DNA of 64,000 nt. It comes from Antedon mediterranea (taxonomy: Eukaryota > Animalia > Echinodermata). Positions within the stretch are counted from its first letter, which is position 1. Each line of letters starts with the position of its first letter. A program made the position numbers and the translations under genes. The notes under the pieces are model-generated. The model was not told where the DNA came from, made no database searches, and saw only the letters and a program-made list of their open reading frames with translations. The DNA lies in NCBI RefSeq assembly GCF_964355755.1, contig NC_092670.1, forward strand, positions 39,048,388 to 39,112,387, in the 5' to 3' direction. Of this stretch, positions 1-12,600 are shown one piece after another.

Positions 1-272
1 ACATGTCCGTCCCTGTCTGTCAGTAGCGTACCTTTACCTTATGCTTATTATTATTATTTTTAACTTTTTTATTCTTTCTGGTGGATCCAGGCTTAAAGCC
101 CCTTGGGGTTTAAATGGTATTCTCCAGGCATAATGCAACTATTATTTACTTAATTTCCAATCACTTGTATCTTTTATATTTTGTATATGTTTGCATTATG
201 TGAATAAATTTGAACTTGAACTTGAACTTGATATTTTGGATTACTCATTGTCTAAAACTCACTATTGTATAA

Positions 273-418
273 GGCTCTGTCTACACTATCAAAACAGTGA
301 CAAAAAAGGGAGATGTACTTAAATACTGTATGGTAGTAATATGCCCAAATATGGTAGTGATATGACATTATCATGTCCATATATGGGCACATCACAGTTT
401 GATAGTGTCGACAGAGCT
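273..418. mobile_element. MITE family A (PIF/Harbinger-like)
   Basis: TIR RGCTCTGTCTACACTATCAAA / TTTGATAGTGT..ACAGAGCT; TSD TAA/TAA. Confidence 0.8.
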
Positions 419-442
419 TAACTGGAGTAAACAAATGCTTAC

Positions 443-682
443 CTTCAGCAGTTATGACAAAGATGCAGTTAGACTCAACATCTGTTGTGGAGGAAGTAAA
501 CACACAAATGACTTGAGTTTCAGATGGCACCGCAAGCTCATCACCCGGCTGAACGTTGCAGACTGGAACCACGGCCTGTCCGTTGTCAGTCGCTGTTGGA
601 TTGTCAAACACGGCATTCACAGTGGTTTCACCCTCGACAGTAAACGATTCTGGACATGTTTCAACCAAGGGCGCACCAGAAC
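443..682 (-). CDS. Gene A HYR51 exon (4 Cys); gene continues beyond window
   Basis: 240 nt, GSGAPLVETCP...NCIFVITAE, G|GTAAGC. Confidence 0.87.
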
Positions 683-3600
683 CTAAAATAAGTGAATAAG
701 ATTCGAATAATAATCACACTTGTTTAATTTGTAATATAAAAATACATTGTTGGTTTTCAACTCTCTCAGTTATATTCATGTAAACCAACCCATCATGTCC
801 AGAACCACATTATTATAAATTAAGATTTTTAAATATATGTTCTTTTTCCTGCTTGTACTCTCTACATATAATTATATTAACAATGCAATGTGCAATGTGT
901 GTTATGGTAATAGTTCTTTAGTAATTATATGAATTGTAATTTCATCTACAATCTTATTTATTTTATAAATATAATGATTGCAATAAAGATTTTTTGAGGT
1001 TTTTTCATATTTTTGAGATCTTGTCATGAATATGAGTACACTAAGGATATTATTTTAACACTATAAAACAAAATATTACCGCTAATTTCAATTGAAAAAA
1101 CACAGTCTTGCTCGTTGCCATACTGATCAAAGGCCATGTACATGACGCTAGTTATGCCGGTTGCGAACGCTGTTCCAGAGTTGTAATCTGACGTTAGCGT
1201 CACCAATACGGTATTATCCGTAGCCAATGGTGGCTGCCAGAAAGCTAGGTTGGTGTCAGTGATCACTTGATTATCAGGGCAGCCATCTGGAAATACTGGT
1301 GGTTCCTCATCTAAAAGCAAATATCAAAATGGTATGAGGTCACAGATGGGAATAAAGAATTACTTCAGTTACATTTACATTTAAATATTTATTTATTTAA
1401 TCACACTCTTGTTTAAATTACAAGACCAGCTAATTCTCGCTTATGATGAGTGAACAAATATATAGAATAACAATTAAAATAGACATCAAACATCAAATTA
1501 ATTAACAACTTTAAACAGATTCTACACCAAACCTCAACATTTTTTTTTCTTTTCCCCCTGAGTAGAAGGAAAAAAGAAAACAAATTGAAATGAAAAAGAA
1601 ACTGAAAATTGTATGAAACCCAATCCTGATTTATATAATGAAATAGTAAATTCTGCTGCAGTTACTGCAGTAACTACAGTTATGCAATTATTTAGCAATA
1701 TTTTGTTGGGGTAACCATATACTTAGTTGATTGCAGTGTTGACGGCCTTATAAAATTCTAAATTGAGAAAAAATGTAATATAGTTATTTAAATTTACCTA
1801 ATTAATGTGCATATATCTCCAATGTTTAAAAAATTGTTAACAAGTTTTCTTTTCCCTGAGGAATATAATTTGATGTTTCATTTGTCCCTGTGTACTGCTT
1901 TAATTAATATACAATTAAAGCTTTGGTCTTTTTTTGTTTGTTTTTGGAATAGCGCTTTATAAATCTGTATAGTATAGTATAATGTAACAGTAAAAGGTAG
2001 TTTTTGACACAGTCTATACTACTGTATGAATTACATACAAACCTTTAACTGTAATAGTAAAAACACAGTCTGCGGCGTTTCCCTCCGAATCAGTCGCCTG
2101 ATAGGTATTTGAAAACGATCCAACAGAAATATTTGAACCTGGTTGGTATGTACGAGTTGGTTCGATTTCACCATCTACGTTATCAATGAATGTCGGCTCG
2201 ACCCAGGTCACTTGGGCGGTAGGCAAACCTGCATCTGTGTTTACTTCATAGCTGTTTGGACAGTTCATCACCTCAGGTGGCTGATTATCTTTTGTAAACA
2301 TACAAATATGTTATTATTAAGATTTGAAAAAATAAGAATAGTATTTGATTTTAAAAATAATACTGAGTAGTCAACTTTTTTCTACCATGGAGTACAACAA
2401 GGCTGTGGATGGCAACATGCAAAAATGGGCAGAAAGGAAAAAATACATGACAGGCCTTTTAAACTTCACAGTAACAGGCCCATATTTATCAAAGAAAAGA
2501 GGGCTAAGGAGTACATTTTACCTGTCACATATATAGTAAAGGTACATTGTACTTGGTTGGCTGACGAATCAGTAGCCACGTAGGTCACAACGGTTTCTCC
2601 GATCGGAAAAGCATATCCGGACGGATAAGTACTAGTTAATCCTGGTTGACCAGAATTATCAGTTGCTGTTGCAAGGCTCCAGGCGACTACAGCTGTTTGT
2701 TCATCCGCATCTGTAGTAGCTTGCTGATTGGTTGGACAATCACTTATGACTGGACTCTCATCATCTACATAAAAAAAGTGAAAAATGATGTCATTACAAT
2801 ATTATAATAATATAATATTATTATGATAGGTACTGATGTTGGGGTTGCTAAAGCTTGGTTCCCAATAGGACAGAACACAAGCGAGGTGACCAATGACAAG
2901 GGACAGATTGAATAATCAATCGCTTGTGATTTGTCAACTCACTTACGTTGTGTTACGTCCTTGTGTTGCGTCTCTAGTGGGAACCAAGCATAAGTAACTA
3001 ACTGGTAGTACAGTAATGTTAACAAATCACCCAGTTATTAAATTATATTAAAATAAAATGTTCTGATATTGTTAAAGATTCTATCTACAGTATATATTAC
3101 TTTAAAAAAAAATAATATTTCTCATTTCATTTATAAGATAAATTGAACAAATAAACACTCCAATAAAATAATACAATACACTATAAAAATAGATTAATAA
3201 ATTTCAAAAAACAATATTAAAAAATATTAAGCCTATTCTACACTATCAAACTTTATGTGAAAAAAAAGTGATGTGCCCATATATGGACATGATGATGTCA
3301 TATTACTACCATATTTAAGAATATCACTACCATATTTAAGCATATTACTACCACATCACATTTTTTTTTGTCAAACTAGTTTGATAGTGTAGATTGATTT
3401 ACCTATAATTGTGACAATAAATGAACAAATCTGTTTGTTTCCAAAGGAATCTGTGGCTGTATAATTGACAGTAGTTGAACCAATTGTGAACACAGTGTCA
3501 GGAATATGTGACCTCTCTAGCAAAGGTTCACCAGCATTATCGGTGATATTTGGTTCCACCCAGCTTATTTGTTTGTCTGGTTCACCGGGATCGGTATTGT

Positions 3601-6600
3601 TTGTTATACTTGCCGGACAATTTGTTATCACTGGAGCCTCGTTATCTAAATAAATTAAATAAAATTACAATCATGTTTAATGTTTAATTCCAGTCATGTG
3701 GTTGAGTGGTTGAGGTAAGGGCACTGTCAAAAAATCGGCGCAAGTTGTAGGTTACAGTGTCTAATTTCTACACACCTTCAACAGTGACTGAAAACACACA
3801 AGAGACAGCATTTCCGGTCTGGTCAGTAAAAGTATATGTGACTGTAGTAGTGCCTGCTGGAAACACTGCATCAGGTTGATGTGATCCTGACTCCGATACA
3901 TAACCCGAATTATCTGTGGCGTTTGGTCGTTCAAAATTTATAACAGCGTTAGTCGTTCCAGAATCAGGTAGAGTGGTTACATCAGTTGGACAATTGTCAA
4001 GTTGAGGGTCTTCATTGTCTGAGAAAATGTGAAAAAAACTTTTTGTTATTTCATACGCATCCAAAAGTGAGTAACTCGCCAATTACAGGATGGATAAACT
4101 ATTTTAATAATTTATCGTGTTTATAAAAAAAAGTCTTATTTGAGGCTAGGGAGTGGAGTTAAAGAGTTGTGATTTACAACCTTGGCACTAGGTCAGGATT
4201 GAACTCCGGATTTTATATACATTTTTTACATATTTATAATCAACTAGCAATTTTTTTTTTTGCAAAGAGTATGAAAATAAGTCATAATAAAAAAGATCAA
4301 TGAATAATAATATTACAAAACTCATACCATTAACATAGATAGTGAACAAACAGTATCCGATATTTCCTGCCGCATCAACAGCTGTATAATTAATGTTATA
4401 AACTCCAAAAGTTAAATATGATCCCGACACAATTTCTGGAGTCATTGAAGTTGAAACAACGTTGCCAGAGTTATCGTAAGCAATCGGAGTTGCCCAAACT
4501 ACGTTGGTTCCGTCCATGTTCTCATCCGTGTCAAGGTTCATTGAGCTTGAACAGTTTTCAAAGGTGGGTGCGCTAGAATCTATAGATTCAAAACAGATTG
4601 AGTTAATGAATTTGATCAATCTACAAGAGACAAGGAACTATACAGTATACTCTTAAGCTCTGTCTGCACTATCAAACTAGTTTGACAAAAAAAGTGTGAT
4701 GTACCCAAATATGGTAGTGATATGCCCAAAGATGGGATCATCATGTCCATATATGAGACCATCACATTTTTTTGTCACATAAAGTTTGATAGTGTAGACA
4801 TGGCTTTAGTGATGTATTATCACTCAAAAATGAAAATAAAAAAAAAGAAAGATTGTGGATACACATCCTAAGAAATATAGCAAAAATTAGCAATTTAATT
4901 TTGAAGCAAATATCATGATTGTTCTTTTATTAGGGTCATAATAATGTAACACAAATTATAAATGTGAAGATGGACAAATTCACAATTGAACTGCAAACTC
5001 TATAAAAAATCAAACACACATCTATTGTTTATAAAAATTTTTATGCAATACAATACCTTGTACTACTAATGTAAACTCGCACGTTTTTGTGTTATTAGCG
5101 GCGTCCGTTGCGCTGTACGTGATAACGTACGTTCCAACTTCAAAACTGTCACCAGACGTATGGGTATTTGTTGCAGAAACTACACCAACATTGTCTGTTG
5201 CTGACGAGATGGTCCAGGTCACAGGGGTCATCGTCATACTTGCTGACGCAATCACTTTAAAAGTTTCAGGACAAGTGACAAATACAGGATCCTCATTATC
5301 TAAACAAATGATTATAAATGTATGTAGATTAGGGTAAACGGTAGACCGTGTGTGTGTGTCATAAATAGAATCTGTATCTTTCTTGGGCAGGTTTTGCTCA
5401 ACCTCCTGTCTCATGTTAATGGTCTTAAAAAATAATATTATTATATATTCTGCATACTGTTGCCGCTAGTCTGTGTAAATTAGCCTTTAAAATAATTATG
5501 TATATGCAAAACAAAAGAAAATCGATAAGTAAATAAAAAAGGCTTCGCTGAAAAGAAGTAAAATATAATTACCGGTAACTGTAATATCAAATGAACATTC
5601 AACAGAATTTCCAGCCACGTCTGATGCATTGTTGTATACTGTGGTAACACCTGGTGGTAACATTACCCCTGTATCATGGCTACTGTATGTTACGTCAACT
5701 CCCACGTTATCAACCACAATCAGGTTTGTCCACGTTGCTGTTGCGGTAGACATTCCAAGATCTGTGTTAAATGCTATTGGTCCAGGACATGGATCATAAT
5801 ACGGTGGAGTGTTGTCTAAAATCAAAATTAATTATAGGAAAACAAAATAAGTCAAAATTGACATCACATATTTTAAATCAAATCAAAATAAACATTTATT
5901 TCCTTCAATCGCAGCAAAGATAGAAACACAATAAAAAAATAGGTAAATTACTTACCGTTAACATTTACATAAAATTTACAAGTTGCTGAATTCCCTGCGA
6001 AATCAGAAGCTGTTAAAACCACTTCAGTGCTACCAATGGCAAAGGTTGTTCCTGAAATCGGTAATGTACTGACTGGTAACAACATGACGTTGTCCGTAAC
6101 ATCTGGGGTTTCCCAAGTTACAACTGCTGTCGGCGCTGTTTCTGAAGCATCAACGGTCTGGTTTGCTAAACAGCTATCAAACACGGGAGCTTCTTCGTCT
6201 GTTAAAAATACAAATAAAATTTACAAAAATATCTGGTGCATCCCTTTTGATTAATAAATCCAGCCTTGTTTTTGTTTTTTTTCATCTGTTTTAATGTTTA
6301 AAATGTACATTACAGAACTCCAATTTTGAAGAACAAGATAAAAAAGGTAAACATTATACTGGAGATGTACAAATGAGTGTAATGCAGAAAACTTCAGAAA
6401 ATACTTTGGATAATAAAGTTATTGTAGAAGAGTATAATAATAATAATAAATAACATTTATAAAGCGCAAGAGACAAAGGTTTCAAAGCGCTGTGTTTTCC
6501 AAGATCAGTGCAAGTAGTAGCGTGCGATTATGCTTCTCTGAAGAGATGAGTTTTGAGTTTAGTTTTAAATGTGATAACAGATTTTGATGAGCGTATTTCG

Positions 6601-9600
6601 AGTGGTAGAGTGTTCCAGAGTTTTGGGGCTGCGACAGCGAAAGCACGATCACCGTAAAACCGAGTTCTGGAACGGGGTCCAGGTTTTAGAAGAAGTCTGC
6701 TGGATGAACGAAGCGAAGAGTTGGTTGACGGAGTAATGATGTCACATATGTAGGCTGGAGCACATCCGTTGATGGCCTTATATGTCAGCAACAGGATTTT
6801 AAAACGAATGCGCTGATCAACAGGCAACCAGTGTAAGTCACGTAAAACGGGAGAAATATGTTCATGTCGTTTAGTGCCAGTGATAAGTCTTGCGGCGGAA
6901 TTTTGGATTCGTTGAAGAGGAGACAGATAAGAAGTTGGTAGGCCGAACAGAAGCGAGTTATTACAGTCCAGACGAGATGAAACAAAAGTATAGAAACTGT
7001 GAGTCATACGTACCTGTAACGGTGACATAAAAGATACAAGTGTCCGAGTTCCCACTAAGATCTGTGACTTGATAGCGTACCTCCAATTGGCTACCATAGA
7101 AATATGGAAAACTGTCCACTAAAAAAAAAAAAAAATAAATTAATAATTATACAAAATGTCAATACAATATCAACATAGAAATGCATCTATTACATAAAAA
7201 TTACAATAATATCTATAAAGTCTTACATGGAGAAAAGGTGTTGGAAATAAACAGCGTTGCAGTGTTATCCGTTGCTGTTGGTTCAACCCAGTCAACAATG
7301 GCGTAATTTTCACCAGGTTCCGTTGCCCGTGTAATGTTTGCTGGACAGTTAGAAAACTCAGGCGGTGTTGTATCTATAGCGAAAATAAAATGCAATGTAA
7401 ACTCGACAAATATTTTAAAGAAATTTTCTCTAATTATTTCTAAAATCTAGTTAACTTAAGCAACATAGTGTTACTATAGTGGTTAAAATAATTAAGTACA
7501 CCGGATCCCTCAAAGGATCAAGACTTAACCGATGCTAACACACTGATCCCCAGTTAGCGGTGATGGTGTATCTCTATACTCCGGTTTGGGTGCTAGCTTG
7601 GTGTTTTTGTCTTTTTGTTCTCTTCCTTTTGGTTTCTACTCTTTCTCTTTATTGTCGAGTGCATAGAGACATCGTTTATTTGCGCTATATAAATCTATCT
7701 ATCTATTATTATTATTACATTGGACCTCCAATTTTAAGGCCTTATTTGTGATGACTTTACCAGCAGAACTCTGGTTGAGGAGAGCTCTGAACCTGTGTCG
7801 ATTTTATGGTTATGGTTAAGCGCCTGACTATATGTTCCTGTTTGGTGAAATACTACTACATTTGGAACTAACCTTCTACGGTGATAACAAAACTGCATGT
7901 GTCGTGATTTCCACTTTGGTCAGATACTGTATACGTAACAAAGTGGTTACCGATTGAGAAGTTTGTATTTGGAGAATCTGATGATATGATGACTAAATTT
8001 GTAGCAACATTGTCAGTTGCTTGTGGTTCCTCCCATGGGACAGTGACAGAGTTTGAACCCATAGCTGGTGAAGCAGTTGTATCATTTGGACAATTCACCA
8101 AAACTGGATCTTCATTATCTATAATTCAAATAAAAATAAAATTATTTCTCAAAAATATACAAAGAAAAACTTTTATAACAATAACTACAATTTTTATCCC
8201 CGAGAAACCAAAACTATATTAAATAATAATAAAAATAATAAAATATAATAATTAGTCCTCTTATTTATTACAATTCCGGTTATTTTGATATCCCATTATT
8301 ATATTATACAGCTTAAATTACTATATATGTCATATATTTAACAATAAAGCATAAACTACTATACAAAGGTCACACCTGTGATATTTAACAATACAGTTAT
8401 AATATTTAAATGTCACACCTGTGATTTGGACTTGGAATGAGCAGGTTCCTTTGTTTCCGCTGTCGTCTGTAGCTTCGTAGAGGACAGTAGTAGACCCAAA
8501 AGGAAACAGGTCACCAGGTTCATGCGATGCTGTAACCACATTTACTCCGTCATTGTCTGTTGCCATGGGAATGTCCCAGTACATTACACCAGATGCATTA
8601 CCAGGCAATGTTGTGTTTGTGATACTCGGTTGGAGCGTAGCACAAGTACTAAACTCTGGATCTTCAGTATCTGATAACAAAAAATACATTTTTTTTCCTC
8701 AAATGCCTTATGTTTATTTTTGTGGAAAAAACAATAAATTTATCTAGTGCACGTTCAGCTTTTTGTAAACATTTTGAGAATTTTTGCCATGTGACGTTGA
8801 TTGATGCAATCTATAGCCAATGAAAACCATATAAAAACACCTACCAATTACTAATACGGTGAACACGCATTCCTTAATATTGCCAGCAGCGTCCTCAGCG
8901 TGATATGTTACCGTGGTAACACCCAACTCAAACACATCTCCAGGATTATAATCATTTGTATCAACAACCACTGCCACGTTGTCGGTAACCGACGGAGAAA
9001 GCCAATTCACTGCCGAAACATTTGACCCAATTGGCGTTTCTTGTTGGATCTGAGTCGTAGGGCAGTTAGTATATTCTGGTGCCTCAACATCTAAATAAAA
9101 ACAGAAAAAAAATATGGTTTTTAAAATAGTAGCATTTTGTTAACATTTTATTACAAAACTGGATGATTATGCCCATTTTCTATCTAAAAGGCTGTGAAGG
9201 TGTATAGAATTACACTACCTACACACAAATGTATTGGAAACCATGGAATATTTCACCTAATAACAGTTTAGTGTAACATTCAGGAATAACAGTTTTTCGC
9301 AGCCCATGAGGTATAGTATTCTCAAATTTCAAAATAGCGGTAAACTCATACTTGGTGTGTTTGCTTACCTCGTACATCTACGTCAAAAGTACAGGTCGCC
9401 ACGTTCCCCGACGCATCGACCCAAGTGGCATTCACAAGTGTTTCACCGACTGTAAACTGATAATTAGGCTCAGCACTCATGTAAGTGTTTACGATGGCGT
9501 CATTATCGGTAGCAGTCGGTAATGTCCACGTCACATTGGCGTAGTCCGTTCCTGCTATATTATCTTCTTGAATGTCGCCTGGACAATATGTTATAGTGGG

Positions 9601-12600
9601 AGGCTCCATGTCTAAAAATTTTATATTTTAATAAATACTGTATTGGTTAGTCAAATCACTTTGGATGCATGAAAAACAAGTAGTTTAATTGTAGGGCCAC
9701 TGACAATTAATTAATTTTTGGGTGCTGAAGGATGTAAAGCCAAGAATGAAAAATGGCACTTAAGCTCTGATTACACCATCATACTAGTTTGACAAAATAG
9801 TGTGATGTGCTTAAATATGGTAGTGATATGACTTCATCATGTCCATATAAGGGCACATCACATTTGTTGTCACATAAAGTTTAATAGTGTGGACAGAGCT
9901 TTAGAAGGACTTGCTGCTGCAGTTTCTATATGTCTCTGATACCTACCTTGTACAGTAACAGTTAACTGGCACTGCACTGAATTCCCAGCGTTATCTGTAA
10001 CTGTAAAGATAACTGTTGTTGGACCAATACCAAACTCGTCTGTATCCGGTGTCTTTGAGATGGTAGCCGATCCAGAGTTATCTGTGTAGGTTGGCATGCT
10101 GATTGATATTGTTGAGTAGTTTTTTCCGCTATCAGTATTTTCCGTTTCATTGGATGGACAATTTGTGATTACTGGATCTTCATAATCTAAACGTGAAAAA
10201 AAAACAAAAACAATTTAATTATTTAATAAAAAACAGATATTTCATTATTGTCTTTATTACAATCAATTGCACTGTAGCTTTTTATTACTTCCATTGTTAC
10301 TATAAATTGTATCGCATTCTTCAAAAACATTCTAAGTATCTATATATTAATACACACTATGTTTAATTGTTAAGAAACAAAATGAATAAACTATGAACAA
10401 TAACATTAATAATAGATCATTAATCATTACCTATAACCGTAATTGTAAAATTGCATTCTCCCTGCAGGCCTGATACATCAAATGCAATATACGTGACCAG
10501 TGTCTCCCCAAGATTTAGACTTGAACCATTTACAAGTGACCCACTCAAATTGTGGACGCCGTAGTTATCGGTTACAATAACAGGATCCCACGTAACCGGA
10601 GATACGGTTGCCACGCCCACATCGGTAGAAATGTCAAATGAATCGGGACAGGTAAGAACTGGTGGCTCGGTGTCCGTCGCTGTTAGAAACAAATAGAATT
10701 TGTACGAAAAAATATAAAATACCATATATGGCATAAAATTATATGAGATACAATAACCATATTATTTATAGCATATTTTTATATTATTTATTATTATTTA
10801 TATTTTTATATTATCCACATTGTTAGCGATGTGGTTTAAATATGAAGAGGGTAGGTCAATTAAAAACACACAGATACGAAAGAAAAGAGGTATAGTTTGA
10901 CAAATATGTCCAAATATGGTAGTGATATGCCCATAAATGGTAGTGATATGACTTTATAATGTCCATATAAGGGCACATCACATTTTGTTATCACATAAAG
11001 TTTGATAGTGTAGACAAGGCTTTACATTACTAAACTTACGGAAAACAAAGATTTCAAATGAAATATAGGCTGTGTTGTTGTATGGATCAGTTGAGTTACA
11101 AGCAACCGTATAATTGCCGATTTCTAAAGCTGTTCCTGATTCCAAATTGCAAATAACTGTTACTGGTTGGTTTGAATTATCATCTGCTTCAGGAATTAGC
11201 CAATCAACAACTACACTGCTTGCAGGATCAGCGAATGCAATCACAGCACTCATTTCATAGTTAGATATAACAGGAACCTCATTATCTGTAAAAGTACACA
11301 AATTATATTTAATTTAAATTATGCAGGCAGTTAACTTTTGTACTCCTTATTTAAGTATTTTTAAAGAAGAATTACAAATTTGCCAAGTTGTATAGATGAC
11401 AATAAGTTAAAGCTATAGTCAGCCGATATCTATTATACTGTATCAAAGTCATTTATACCTTCAACTGTAATAGTAAAGCATTCTCGAACTGCATTGTTTG
11501 AAAGATCAATCGCTACATAGCACACTTCTTGTTCTCCAATTTCTTGTTGCGTGCCAGGCTGGACGGTTGATGCTACAAACGCAACGTCTGAATTATCTGT
11601 AGCTGTTGGTGGCGTCCATGTTGGATTTGTGTAACTTTCTCCAGCGTCTGTGTCCACAGAAAAATCTACTGGTAGGTTCTCCAACACTGGTGGAATATTG
11701 TCTGTAAATAATAATAAAAATAATAAATAAAAAGCAGTTTATGAATGTTCAAAAGTAAAGAAATTTCTTTCAATAAGAAGTTACGTCATGTGGAATATTG
11801 CCAAGGCCGTAGAGAGAGGTTAAAAACAGATGAGGCAAAGATGCTTTAATTATAATTATTAATATGAAATATAATGGTTTGTGCTGGGGAATTGGGGTGG
11901 GTGGTGAAAAATAAAAAATTTCAGAAGAGGTAAGCACCTTGTCTGCCTCATGCTGGCCCTGATTGCGTCCAATACAGAATTACTGTATTTACTACAAAAG
12001 TACTGCATCCAATACATAATTACTGTATCAACTACAGAATTACTGCATCCAATATATAGTTACTGTATCAACTACAGAATTACTGAATCAACTACAGAAT
12101 TACTATATCAACTACAGAATTACTGCATCAACTACAGAATTACTGTATCAACTACAGAATTACTGTATCAACTACAGAATTACTGCATCAACTACAGAAT
12201 TACTGCATCAACTACAGAATTACTGCATCAACTACAGAATTACTGTATCAACTACAGAATTACTGTATCAACTACAGAATTACTGCATCCAATACATAAT
12301 TACTGTATCAACTACAGAATTACTGTATCAACTACAAAATGACTGCATCAACTACAGAATGACTGTATCAACTACAGAATGACTGTATCAACTACAGAAT
12401 TACTGTATCAACTACAGAATTTCTGCATCAACTACAGAATTACTGTATCAACTACAGAATTACTGTATCAACTACAGAATTACTGTATCAACTACAAAAT
12501 GACTGCATCAACTACAGAATGACTATTAACTACAGAATTACTGTATCAACTACAGAATTACTGTATCAACTACAGAATTACTGTATCAACTACAAAAGTA

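Noticed and set aside
1-40. Start of a further gene A exon (GKGTLLTDRDGH)
   Set aside because: No polypyrimidine tract, no HYR similarity, and too short to judge at the window edge.
6528-7097. 189-aa ORF as a host gene or LINE-HYR fusion
   Set aside because: Its first ~30 codons read the HYR41 C-half exon in another frame, and the rest is a 5'-truncated LINE in the intron.
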